Source: Lama guanicoe (Eukaryota). From it: a DNA stretch of 49,422 bases. Positions 9,238-21,756 of the stretch are shown in pieces; position 1 is the first letter of the stretch, and every line of letters begins with the position of its first letter. Under the pieces are notes generated by a model. The model was not told the origin of the DNA. It saw only the letters and a list, made by a program, of their open reading frames with translations, and ran no database searches. Position numbers and translations under genes: made by a program. The stretch lies in contig MU053156.1 of assembly GCA_013239625.1 (NCBI GenBank), forward strand, positions 498,467 to 547,888, given 5' to 3'.

Positions 9238-12200
9238 CACTGGCTCCTGACGTGACTGTGAGGAGGGTCGGGTCAAGCACACGAATTACTTTCAAAATGA
9301 CTGGGACATATTTCTCACTCACCATTGTCATAGCTTAAAAGAAAGTGCGCACAGAATCGTCAGAAGATACCCTGAGAAGTACATTAAATTAAACTGAAGA
9401 TGTAAGAGCCCAGGTCCAGAGCTTACCATTCTCTGCTTTAAAGATAAGGCGAAGGGTCCCTTTCTTCTATTAAATCTCAGGTCCTACTAGTTAAAGAAGG
9501 AAATAGAATAATGAGAATGTGCACATTTTCAGATCTGTGTCTGAGATGTGAAAATTATTTTCATTATACATAGATGCGGAGATTCACATGCAGACTACAG
9601 TGTCCATCAGAGGCCATACACACATTAGAGAAGACAAAATAGGAAAAAAAATAAGATCCTATTATAATGAATAAAACTTTTTGCCTTACTTCAAACAGTT
9701 TGAAGTTTGAAGAGGACCCCGAGCTGTGGCAATGATACATTTAGAGAAGATGTCAGAGGTGCATTATTGCCTGAATGATTCCCTGCTCCACCCTGCCCCC
9801 TCTGCTGTTGTCTCTTCTATTGTCACCCTTAATAAATCTGTCACAGTTCTATGTCAGTGTCTGCGTCCTGGAGGATGAGTGGTCACACCCTCTCGAGGGC
9901 ACACAGAGTGATTCACAGACATGCAGTTCACAAGCCAGCAGAAACTAGGATGACAGGGCAGACACAAGGTCCCCCTTTGGGGCAGCAGTGACTGCACGGG
10001 GCCCAGGAGCTCCTCCTGGGGCGGTGGGCGCAGCCTATGTCTAGATCCAGTGATGGCTGTGTTTCTTCAAGTCTATAAGCACTCACTGGGCACGTGGGGC
10101 CTGTCTGTCACACGGGCGTCCGGTCATGAGCTAGATGACCAGAATGGAGTGGCCATGTCTCATGGTCAGGAACAGATGAGGTGCAGGAGGGGCCGCGGGC
10201 ATCCAGCGAGAGGGTCCCTCACTAACCAGGCCTGTACCCCCCGCCCCGTGTGGCAGCTGCCCCGGCAGCCCCAGTTCCAGGCAGACTCTGAGGGCGGCTG
10301 CGGGCAGCAGTGTTCTCAGTAAGTCCCGTGAGCGCCCTTCGTCCTCCCACAGTTCCCTTACTGTGAGCTGGGCGGGCAGGGTCAGCGGGTGGGGCACCAC
10401 TGCTGCCGAGGGGATGGTGTTGGGTATAAAAAGGGCTCCCTTCAGGCCCCCCAGTCCACTCCACGCTGCCCCTGGAGCTCGTGGGGCCCTCGCTCCTTCC
10501 AGGGGGGGGCGGCGGCCAGCCCTGCAGCAGCTCTGGGGTCCAGGCTGGGCCACCAACAGGTCAAGGTGAGACTGCGCTGCCCGGGAAGCGGGGGGAACAG
10601 CGGTGCAGCAGTATGTACCAGCAGGAGCAGCTCGGCGACCGGCTCCTCCACTGTGAGCAGGGCCGGGGCACTACTTGGCCGTGAGGGTGGGAGGGCTGGG
10701 AGAGCTGGGCCCTGTGGTCCTGGACGGGGCTAGACCAGAGCCCAGGGCCCAAGGACCTGGGGGGGAAGAGAGAAAGACATGCAGGGGGAGAGACAGTGCA
10801 TGAGTGAGAGAGAGAGGTGGGGGTCAAGTCCTAAAGAGCGACAGGAGGTGACGGGGGCACACCGGGTAGGGGGAGGCAGAGACAAGAGGAGGCAGGAAGG
10901 AGGGAGCCAGCCCAGGGTGCGTTGGGGAGGACCTAGGGCCAGGGTGACTGGGAAGGGGAGTTGGCCCATCCTTCACCAAGCCCTGCAACTGCCACTGTCA
11001 GGGCCCCAGGGACCGGCAGCCCGCCCAGCTCGACAGGCACCATCGGCCCTCAGGACGGGGCTCAGAGCTGCACCCAGGGCCCTCCAGCCACTTCCCAGGT
11101 AAGGGGGACCAGGAGGGCTCCCCCCAGCACCACAGACGTGCCAACTCTAGCTTCAGAGGCCCTGTGAGCAGGCATTGTCCCGTTCCCCATCCCACAGAAG
11201 GGAAACAGGCTCCGCCAGCCAGTGAACTTGGCTCTGTCTGCAGGGTTATTCCCTTTCCCAATGCTGCTTTCCCAGGCAGGCCTGTGCTCCTGTCCTAAGA
11301 ATGGGGCCTGTGATGAGCCCGGGGGCCTGGGTCCCACCCGACTGCCCTCTGGTGCTGGGTGACCTGGGCAAGTAATCTCCCCTCCTTGGGCCTCAACTGT
11401 ATGACCAATGGCCCTTCTCCCCACCTTTCTGGGAAGTGGGACCCCAGCAGGGCCATCGCTCCAGGCCTCCCAGGCCCCAGGGTGGGTGTGCGGTGAGCTC
11501 TGGCACTCGGGGGAGTTCCTTTACGGGTGGGGCGATGGCCCATGTGCACTTACTGTTTTTTATGGGGTCACGTCCTGCTATTTCCATCTGGAATGGGACT
11601 TACCTACCATGGAGCCTGAAACTTGGTTTTCCAGATTTTTCTAAATTGGCCCTTGTACAAAAGAGTGGCTCCCCTGGCTGGGATCGCAAACCCAGTCCTG
11701 GTGAGGAGGCCCTTCCTACTCCCCTCACCTCGCTGCTCCTGGTCACCCCCAAACTCCAGAGCCATGCCCAGCGCCTGGCATTCCCTGCTCTCCCTCCCCA
11801 TGCCAAGCCCAGCTTCTCTCCCCGCCCCAGAGGCCCCTCCTCCTGAGGGAAGTTGTGGGGCTCTTAGGGTCAGGACTTCAAGCCCTGTGTCTTGGCAGGG
11901 GATGCACCAGCTGAGTGGTGACAGGCCTGGAGGCAAGGGTGGGGCCCTGAGCCCCAAAACGGGCTGTGTAGCCTTGGTCAGGTCACAGCCTCAGCCCAGC
12001 ATCACAGCCTCACACACCCCTCCAGACCACGTGCCCGGGATGTCACTCAGCCGCACACTCAGGCTCCAGCCCTGCTCCCCACCCCCATGCAGGCACATGG
12101 AGGGCACACGTGGGACGTGTAAACACATACAGGAACACACACATGCACAGGGACACACAGGCTCACCCCTCAGCCGCCAGGATGCCAGTTTTTCATTATC

Positions 12201-12252
12201 TTACATGTCGCTGCTGCAATAGAATCCTTTAATTAAAACATGAATACTCAAA

Positions 12253-12984
12253 TGGTAAATCCTGGAGAGGGTGTGGAGAAAAGGGGACCCTTGTACACTG
12301 TTGGTGAGAATGTAGTTAGGTGCACCAATTACGAAAAATGGTATGGAGATTCCTCAAAAACAAAAAATACACTTACCATATGATAAAAGAAACCCACTCC
12401 TGGACATATATCCAAAGGGAACCTTAATTCAAGAAGATACATGCACCCCAATGTTCACAGCAGCACTATGTACAATAGCCAAGACATGGAAACAGGCTAG
12501 CCTAAATGTCCATCGAGAGATGGCTGGATAAAGAAGCTGTGGTATGTGTATACAAAGGAATACTACTCAGCCATAAAAAATGAAACAATGCTATTTGCAG
12601 CAACATGGATGTCCCTGGAGAATGTCATTCTAAGTGAAGTAATCCAGAAAGAGAAAGAAAAACACCACATGACAACACTCAGATGTGGAATCTAAAAAAA
12701 AAAAAAGATACAGAAAACAAACTTACATTATCGAGGGGAACGGGGTGGGAAGGGATACACTGGGAGTTCGAGATTTGCAGATACTGACTGGTAAATATAA
12801 AATAGAGCAACAAGCTTATACTGTAGAGCACAGGGAACCACAGTCGGTATTTTGTAGTAGCTCATGGTGAAAAAGGACATGAAAATGAATATATGTATAT
12901 TCATGTACGACTGAAGCGTTGTGCTGTATACCAGAAATTGACACGACATGGTAAACTGACTATACTTCAAGAAAATAAAAATTT
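12253..12984 (+). mobile_element. 5'-truncated L1 (ORF2 end plus 3' UTR)
   Basis: ORF2 C-terminal motif [21 protein letters not shown]-rich end, degenerate TSD taaaacatgaatactcaaa (12234) / taaaacttgagtatttaaa (12985). Confidence 0.9.
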
Positions 12985-13472
12985 TAAAACTTGAGTATTT
13001 AAAATAACCCTTGAGAGAAACGGCCCCATCTCACCAAAGGCAGGAAAACGCAGAGACTACAGGGAGAGGGAGGGGAGATGGTGCTGAGAGGCAGGGGAAG
13101 CCAGAGGGCAGCTTCAGAGGGGCTGCCAGGCAGGGGCAAACATAGAAGAGAGGCGACAGTTGCTCTGGCCCGAGGAACACCTGCCACCCAGATGCGTGAC
13201 ATGGCCTGTGGCATTTGGACAGGCCAGGGTGGGGCAGGGCTGAAAATGGGCCACGGGCTGACCTGGGCCTCCTGCTGCCTTGCAGCTGGGCTGGGGATGG
13301 AGGGACACGCGTGACCCAGCCTCCCCGAGGCAGTGTGAGGGGCGGGGCTCCCTGGGCACAGGCTCAGCTGGGAAGGTCTGGAGCTTGGCACCTGCCTGGC
13401 TCAGCTGTGTGCCTTCTGAGTGACTGCTGGGCCTCTGTGGTCTACGTGTCACCCCACCCTGACACACATGCA

Positions 13473-13499
13473 TACACACACACACACACACACACACAC
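13473..13499. repeat. (CA)n microsatellite
   Basis: Seen directly. Confidence 0.9.
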
Positions 13500-14099
13500 C
13501 CTCCCAGTAGAGTGCCTTGTAGGAGATGCTCCATGTGGGGCCACCAGGTGACATAAGCCGGCAATTGGAAAGAGGTTCACACAATGTGTGTTCCATTTGT
13601 ACTTTTTGCTTCTTTGGTTAGGTGGGATATGTTATCATTTGTTATGCTACTCTTCATTTTTACATGCTGAAATTTATTTATTTATTGAATAGAAAATACG
13701 ACAATTAGGTAAGTTAAATGGCTAAGAGGTGACACACACACACCAGGATGTGTCATGAAACTTCTGGGTCTTGGCTAACGACGTTAGTGGACAAATGAAG
13801 GAGTCCCTGGTGTGACAAGTGAATGTGAGCATCTGGAAACCCAGTCAATATGATGTTTCTACCTTACTGTTCTTTAAAATAAATGATTGCCTCCCTATGT
13901 TCCTGCTTTACTGAATTACCCACCGCGCTGGTGAGTCAGCTTCAGATACCAAAACCTGCAAAGTAGTATACAGCATCATATGCTTTCACTCATGAAAAAT
14001 AAATGCATTAGCTTCCTTTTCTTTGAAGTAAATCACTTTTAATTTTCATCTTATATTTGGTTATCAAGAAGCACACAGAACCCTCCGGTTTTAATGTGA

Positions 14100-15120
<1,021 letters not shown>

Positions 15121-15981
15121 TTATCAAGGGTAACTGATCCATTACATCCAGAAAGAACACTCGACTCCTGATTTCATATAGATTGAGAGGAACGTGCTGG
15201 TTGCCAGCAGTGTGTGATGATTGATCTGGTTAACTCTGAGAGGAGGAAAAGATGGATTTGTCAGTCTGGGGCTCTAGCTGGGAGAACGGGCCCTTGAAAC
15301 AGACTCACCTGGAAAATAAAACTGATGCAAAATGAATGTCAATTACCCAGTTCCAGATGGCCTGTGCACCTTCACTTTCTTGCTCTATCATTTGCTCTGT
15401 TACACTTACATAAAGTGCCCATGACAGTAATATCTGAGTGCCCTTTAGACTCTTAAGAAATGCACAATTCATTTAACTGTCCAGTGAAATAACAATCCTT
15501 GTTTCTCTTCACAAAGAGGCAGAATGGCAGCGCAACGTGGGCAGAACCTAAGTTAGAAAATCACAAACACTGTACCACATCCCAATATAATTTGTGTGAC
15601 CAGTTTTTACAAAAGGTTGAGTCTCTCACTATCACCTGGGGTAGGTCTAAATATCATAAATAAATAAATTAGCATTTTGCTCTGAAGATAAGCCTTTTGT
15701 GTAAGGTCACTGTCCAAGACTTTCAGAGTCAAGCAGAAAACCCTTTCTGCATCTAGGATTTAGCATCCACCCCCTGCTTTCACTCTACTCTGTTTATCAG
15801 GGTATCCGTTCAATCAGATGGTTTGCATTCACTGTCATCAAGGGAAAGAAGCTATTATCTGCCCGAGCTAGAACTCTTGTCTAGTTGGAGGCTCCAGCCC
15901 TAAGCTCACATTCTACCTCCACCCCTTACCCCTACTCCCCACTCCCACCTGAGGGTGTTTGGATAACTTGATAATATTAGG

Positions 15982-16074
15982 GCGTTTTGTTTTTTTAATG
16001 GAGGGACTGGGGATTGAACCCAGGATCTCCTGGATACTAAGTGTGTGCTCTACTACTGAGCTATACCCTCCCCC
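15982..16074 (-). mobile_element. tRNA-derived SINE (vic-1-like, camelid type)
   Basis: A box and B box (gggttcaatcccc on -), T-tail on +, 13-bp TSD tgataatattagg at 15969 and 16075. Confidence 0.9.
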
Positions 16075-18479
16075 TGATAATATTAGGTTTTTAAATCAAA
16101 AAGACTGTGAGGTGAGTTTCCTTGGCTGGTAACATCTGAAACCCACAGCTGGCCTTGTCTATTTCCTACAGCAACACAATGGGATTCTACTGGAAAACAA
16201 ATTGTATAGCAAGACCAGTTAATCTGGCTACACTAAAGTCCCATCAAACTGCTGAGTGGAGTCAGAACTCTTCAAACAGTGCCAAAGATAGCTTTGTGGC
16301 AAGCCACTGAATCACACAGCAGCAAAATAAAAATAAAGGATGACTGACGAACACTTTTGGGTCTCTGTCATGTACTCTGCCAAAGAGCAAAAAACTAGAA
16401 ATATTCCTCAACATATTCCATTAGGAATAGTTCAGAAATAGTTCCCACACTGGATGGGTAAATATTGCTTCAGAGGCTGGGGACTGCTGCTCCCACAAAG
16501 AGGTACCTGAAAATCTTCCTGTTTCCAAGTCTTTAAGATCCAATCATCTGATACGCTGTGCCTTTTGAGAACAAACCAAAGCATTAAGCTTGAGGAACTT
16601 AAATTATTAGAACAAAAAGTATTTTTCAATGTATTTGCTAGTGCTGAATTGGATTATTTTAAATAAATGGAAAATGTTGATGTTTCTCTATTGCACTTGC
16701 TTTGTTCTTTTTGAAGAATGTCTGTAGTAAAGACAAATAACAACAAAACAGAATATGAATGTCTTTTGCAGGTGGACTCCTAGAATTACTCAGAATCGCT
16801 CTGAAGCTGTCTTGTGTTAGCATTCTTCAAGCCAAGAGCACTCAAAGGTAATGAGTCTCTGTACATCTATTACCTAATCAATAAGAAATAGAGCCCCCCG
16901 CACTAATGAGTTGCCATCTCAGCAGAAAGACCTTTATTTTGCTTGGATTGGATTTCCTCATTAGTAAAGTAAATGCAAGAAAGTCTGATTTATCTGGATT
17001 TTTCCCCCACTGAACAAAAAGTTTATTTGGTGAACCTAGAGTTTTATTTTTCATTGTACTGTGTTTTTTAATTAAAACTGGCCAGTGGAACCTCTCTAGC
17101 CCCAAATCACTGTATGTATTAAATTTCAAGGAATCCTAAAGCAACTGGAGAGAATTTCATTTTTAGCAAACTGCAAGGCATTAAAATCAATAAATGGGCT
17201 GAAGATGCAATTAATATGCTAGAAGCCTTTAATGGAAAAAAAGGGAAATTTCATATTAACAACCATTGCTTCTCTCAGTTAAAGAAATTTCTAAGCCTGT
17301 GTTTTACTAAGTAAACCATGTAATCAGGACAATTGAACAGTAGCTGTGTTTTCATTATAGTTAACATTAATTAGTCGGTTTATTTTGGGTGTGGTTATCA
17401 TTAACTTAGAGACTTGGATGCTGTTCCCTGTCCAGCTTCTGTGTATAATTCGTAACCGAGAATGCATTCCCGGGAAGGCTTTTAATCCACCATGTTGCTC
17501 AGTAGCTAATACGAGACAAGGTTATTCCGGGTCTTGCCAGAGACCAGATTCTCCTGTAGTCACCCCCGTCAACTCCTCTTCCATAAAGATGGCAAGAATA
17601 GAGGCATTCAAAAATATTTTGACATTTATTTTGTGCTCTAAAAATACTGATTTGCTTTAGTGATTACAAACCAAGCATAAGAGACTTAAAGTGAAGTGAG
17701 ACGCCGCAAAGCCACAGGGGGCGTGAAGACGGCTTCGCCCCCCCCCACCTCCGGGCCCTGCACAGACAGCAGACTGAAGCGCAGCCCCAGGCTTTCTGAG
17801 AAGGAGACCTGTTTTCGTGTTCAGGAAGTTTGGCCTGAGGGCAGCTTCCTGGTCTAGCACACTTCTGGAGGCTTCTGGAGGAGCCCCCATGGAATGCAGG
17901 CCTGTGGACACCATCTGTGTGTCCCCCCCACTGCCTGGCTCCAGCTCACCAGCACCTCCCAGAAAAGAGCTTATATCTTTGTCTAACACCCCGATTTCTG
18001 CAGCTGCTGCCAGCGGACACCTCTGCATCACTTGCTCTGCAGGCCAGTAGGGCTTCTGCTTGTGTGTCCCCCAAGACTGTAACCAAGGAAGAAAAAGTTG
18101 TTAAACACCTACCACCCCCAAGATGCAGCAAGAAGCAACAGGCCCAGGTGCTCAGGCTCCCCATGAAAGAGGCGCGGTCATCAAAGCGCAGCCTGAGGGG
18201 CAGGCTTCCAACGAGACGCACATCTAAGTGCTGACCGGAAGCCTTTCCAGAGACCTTGGAAGGTGGGCGCCATCTCTCTACCGCACCCACAAAGCCAGTA
18301 TCTTTTGGAAGGGGGCTCTCACGTGTGTCTGGCGCCCCATTTTTTGTGTCTAGCACCACGGTTGTTGTGACTGCTGCACAGGGGGTGCTCCTCGATCTCC
18401 TGGTTCTGGAGGCCAGGGGCTTGGGTCCCACAGGACTGTAACAATCAGAGAGACAGTCTTGCCAGGACACCACCCCCAG

Positions 18480-18631
18480 TGTTACGGAAACGACAGGCCC
18501 GCCAAGAAACAAACACCACTCGAAGGGTTGGAGTACTCAGATTTATTACGCTGGCGGGCTCAGAGGGGCTTCTGCTCCGAAGCTCTGAGCACCTCCAAGA
18601 TGTGTGCATGAGGTTTTATAGGGTAAAGTAC
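18480..18631 (-). mobile_element. ERV LTR fragment (3' part)
   Basis: On -: TATAAAA near 18614-18619, AATAAA at 18542-18547, terminal ...GTAACA at 18480. Confidence 0.6.
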
Positions 18632-19297
18632 AATAGACTTACCCTATAATCCAGCAACCCCACTCCTGGGCATGTATCTGGCGGAAACTCTAATTCAAAA
18701 AGATACATACACTCCAATATTCACAGCAGCACTATTTATGATAGCTAAGACATGGAAAGATAAAGAAATTGTGGTGTGTGTGTGTATGTGTGTGTGTATA
18801 TATATATATAACAGGATACTACTCAGCCATAAAAAAATAAAATAATACCATTTGCAGCAACATGAATGGACCTGCAGATTGTCATATGAAGTGAAGTAAG
18901 CCAGAAAGAGAAAGAAAAATATCATATGATACCACTTACATATGGAACCTAAAGATAAGAGAGAGAAAAATGAACTTATTTACAAAACAGAGACAGATTC
19001 ACAGACATAGAAAACAAACTTATGGTAACTAGGAGGGAAAGGGGGTAGGGAGGAATAAACTGGGAGTTCAAGATTTATAGATACTAACTACTACATACAA
19101 AATAGATAAACAACAAGGTCCTGTTGAATAGCACAGGGAACTATATTCAATACCTTATAATAGCCTATGATAAAAAAATATGAAAAGGAATATATATATA
19201 TTCCTTTTCATATTTTTATATATATATATGAATCACTGTGCTATACACCAGAAATTAACACATTATAAATTGACTATACTTCAATAAATAAATAAAT
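18632..19297 (+). mobile_element. Younger L1 3' end nested in the old L1
   Basis: Same 3' UTR type as 12253-12984 (…tgactatacttcaataaa) with an (AAAT)n tail. Confidence 0.9.
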
Positions 19298-19702
19298 CAG
19301 ACTGCTTGAACAATCATCAAGTTCAAGAGACAGCCAAGAGCTAGGGCAAGGTTGAAGGACAAGGTTCAACTCTTGAAAGAGGCCACTTCTCCAAGACTGA
19401 GAAGGGTAACCATTTTGCCTAATACCTGGCAACAAACACAGAGAATCAAGCAAAATTATGAAACAGAGGAATATGTTCCAAACAAAAGAACAAGATAAAG
19501 CTCTGAAAAACAAAAAAGGAGACAAATATTTACCTGATTAAGAGTTTTAAATAATGATCATAAAGTTGCTCTCTGAAATTGGGAGAATAAACTTAGACAT
19601 TCAACAAAGAGAAAACATAAGACAGTACCAAAAAGAAATCACAGAGATAAAAAATACAATAACTGAATCAAAAAAACGCTACTAGAAGTGTTCAACAACA
19701 GA

Positions 19703-19971
19703 ACTTGTGGAACTAGAGGTAGCACGGCAGGTCCTTCTCAATTACCAGGGGCTCCTCCATGGGACCATACCGCTTCACCACACAGCCGTTCTTGTCAATG
19801 AGAAACTTGGTGAAGTTCCATTTGATGGCATTTCCCAGGACGCCCTTCCCCTTGGGCTGAACTTTCATCCACTTCCACAGTGGGTGGGCATCGTCCCCAT
19901 TGACACAGATCTTGCTGAACAAATCGAATCTGACGTTATAGCCAGCGGCGGACTCTGATTTCAGCACTACT
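19703..19971 (-). pseudogene. GPX4: GPX4 processed fragment (C-terminal ~85 codons plus ~10 nt of 3' UTR)
   Basis: [78 protein letters not shown]; intronless; no Sec codon region, SECIS or poly-A. Confidence 0.95.
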
Positions 19972-19982
19972 GATCAATTTTA

Positions 19983-21756
19983 CAGGAGGGCGGGGCTCAC
20001 GGCTGAGCGAGGCTCAGGGTGCAGGGGTGCGGCTGAGGCGCTCTGGGCCCTCGCGGAGCCCGCGGAGGCCGAGGGGGACCCCGAAGTGCGCGACAGCAGC
20101 TGCGTCATGAAACAGGCCCAGTCCTACTTCGGTTCGGTGAACGCCTCCTACAACGCCATCGTCGACTGCGGAAACTGCTCCAGGCTCTTCCACGCGCAGA
20201 GACTGACCAACACTAACCTCTTCGTGGTGGCCGAGAAGCCACTGTGCAGCCAGTGGGAGGCTGGCCGGCTGCTGCAGAAAGAGACTCCCTCGGACGGCCC
20301 GGAGCAATGTGAACTGGTGCAGAGACCGCGATACCGCAGAGGCCCGCACATCTGCTTCGACTACAACGCCACGGGAGATGCCCCAGACTGCGGCCGCGGG
20401 GCCTCCTTCCCGCCGTCATTGGGCGTCCTGGTGTCCCTGCAGCTGCTGCTCCTACTGGGCCTGCCTCCCCGGCCGGCCGCAGCCTCAAGTCCACGCCCAC
20501 GCCTCTCGCCGCCTCTGAGTGCTCCCTCCCTGCCCAGGCCTCCCTGCCCGTCCCCTGCTCCCCCGCCCCACACTCCCCGCCTTAGAGCTTCACCCCCTCC
20601 CTCACTGAAGGACCTGAGCACGCAGGGCCCCCAAGAGTCTGCACCTGGTGGGCAGGGAGGTGGATTCCCAAAGGAGAGCGTTTCAAGTCTTTGGCCCCCA
20701 AGCCACATCTAGCGCCTGAACTGTCGAAAGTGTCCCAAGACCCCTCATTCCCACTTGACTTACTCGCCTCTCCCCCCAGGACTGGGCCAGGGAAGACACA
20801 GTACTGGTGCCAAACCAGGCCTCCACTGCCCACCCTGCCCTGAGGCTCCGTTTGTGTGGGAGGCCTAGGTCTTGCCCCAGCTGAACTCCTCTAACCTGGT
20901 TCTTCTGCCCTACCCAGGACCAAATCTGGATTCCCTGGGAATCATGGAGGAAGTTGAGATGGGCAGTTTGAGGCCTGTGCATCCCAGCTTAAGTCCTAGC
21001 AGAAGAGAGGTCCTTGGGCAGCCCTCCTGCCTCTCTCACGCCTACAGCCACCTCTCCCTCACCAAGCTCTGCAGGTTGCAGGACAGTGACTGGCTCAGAC
21101 ACAACCCCATACACATCTGGAGCCCTGAGGGCAGAAACTGGACTCACATTAAACACATCCAGGAGGACACACACAAACACAGACGTGCACACACACACAC
21201 ACACAAACACACACATACCGTGGGGTGGGGTGGGAGCTGGGGCTCACAAAGCCTTACACAGGATGAAGTGTTGGTGGGAGGGTTGGCACATGCACACTCC
21301 ATCTCCTGCTCACCATCCGCCTCTAATCTGACCTGCAGCCCAGCTGGTCCTCCGTCTCTAAAGCTGAATGTCAAACAGTGCCAAATGCTGGGGCAAGGGG
21401 TGAAGACCCCTCTGTCCCACCCTACCAGTGTCCCCTAAATGCCCTCAGTCCACCAGGTGCTCATTGTAACCATTTCTCACTACTGTCAGGCCTTCAGTGG
21501 GACCACATGCCACTGCCTGCACCCCTCGGCAGAGGAACTCTCACCGGACATTGCCCCTTGCCTTAGCGGGGTGACTTGATCACTCCTAGCTGGGTCATCC
21601 CACCCCCAGTCTGGCCCACACTCAGGCCTGTGCCCACTTCCACACACACTCCCTTGCCAAACTGCTCCTCCCTGCTGAACACAACACTTGCACACACATA
21701 AACACATATACACACTCTGCACACACACAGGCTGGGCCTGGGCTCATAAAAAAAAA
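19983..21756 (+). pseudogene. CACNA2D2: CACNA2D2 retrocopy (delta-2 C-terminus, 3' UTR, A-tail), 5'-truncated
   Basis: [54 protein letters not shown]...[18 protein letters not shown], a frameshift, then [12 protein letters not shown] (stop 20516-20518); intronless coding part; A-run at 21748-21756. Confidence 0.93.

Larger units (their letters stand above)
12..9836 (+). other. Diverged MIA3/TANGO1-like (cTAGE family) gene, 3' part (coiled coils plus proline-rich domain); gene versus pseudogene unresolved; 5' end probably outside the window
   Basis: Exons 1407-1479, 3495-3630, 4994-5092, 5779-5839, 5952-5987, 6063-6151, 6268-6362, 7539-7609 and 7966-8128 have AG/GT ends with compatible phases (823 nt, no stop). 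The translation follows the recalled TANGO1 C-terminus: CNLE, LLAAEEKAKLAEEEIRQYK ~ LSAADEKAVSAAEEVKTYK, LAEKKAQDS ~ THEKKAHEN, KREVAHLKQR ~ KREAANLRHK. Candidate AATAAA at 9670 and 9831. Confidence 0.8.

Noticed and set aside
10415..10445. TATA-box promoter (gggtataaaaaggg)
   Set aside because: No recognisable downstream gene on +; the motif alone is insufficient.
7336..13600. Many long overlapping ORFs of 100-240 aa
   Set aside because: Expected in GC-rich DNA; only the splice-bounded MIA3-like parts show homology.
15990..16074. tRNA gene
   Set aside because: It has A/B boxes but also a tail and TSD, so it is a SINE; the homologous copies at 24959 and 38575 are treated the same way.
18078..18442. 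Solo LTR bounded by TGTAAC…TAACA
   Set aside because: Both ends are copies of a recurring gactgtaac motif in the repeated L1 5' region; no TATA, poly-A signal or TSD.
19713..19967. Functional short GPX4 protein
   Set aside because: The ORF starts at GTG just before a frameshift, lacks the catalytic Sec region and SECIS, and has no promoter evidence.
20086..20712. 208-aa CACNA2D2 ORF as a real gene
   Set aside because: GTG start, 5'-truncated, with a codon deletion, a Cys>Trp change and a frameshift reading into the UTR.
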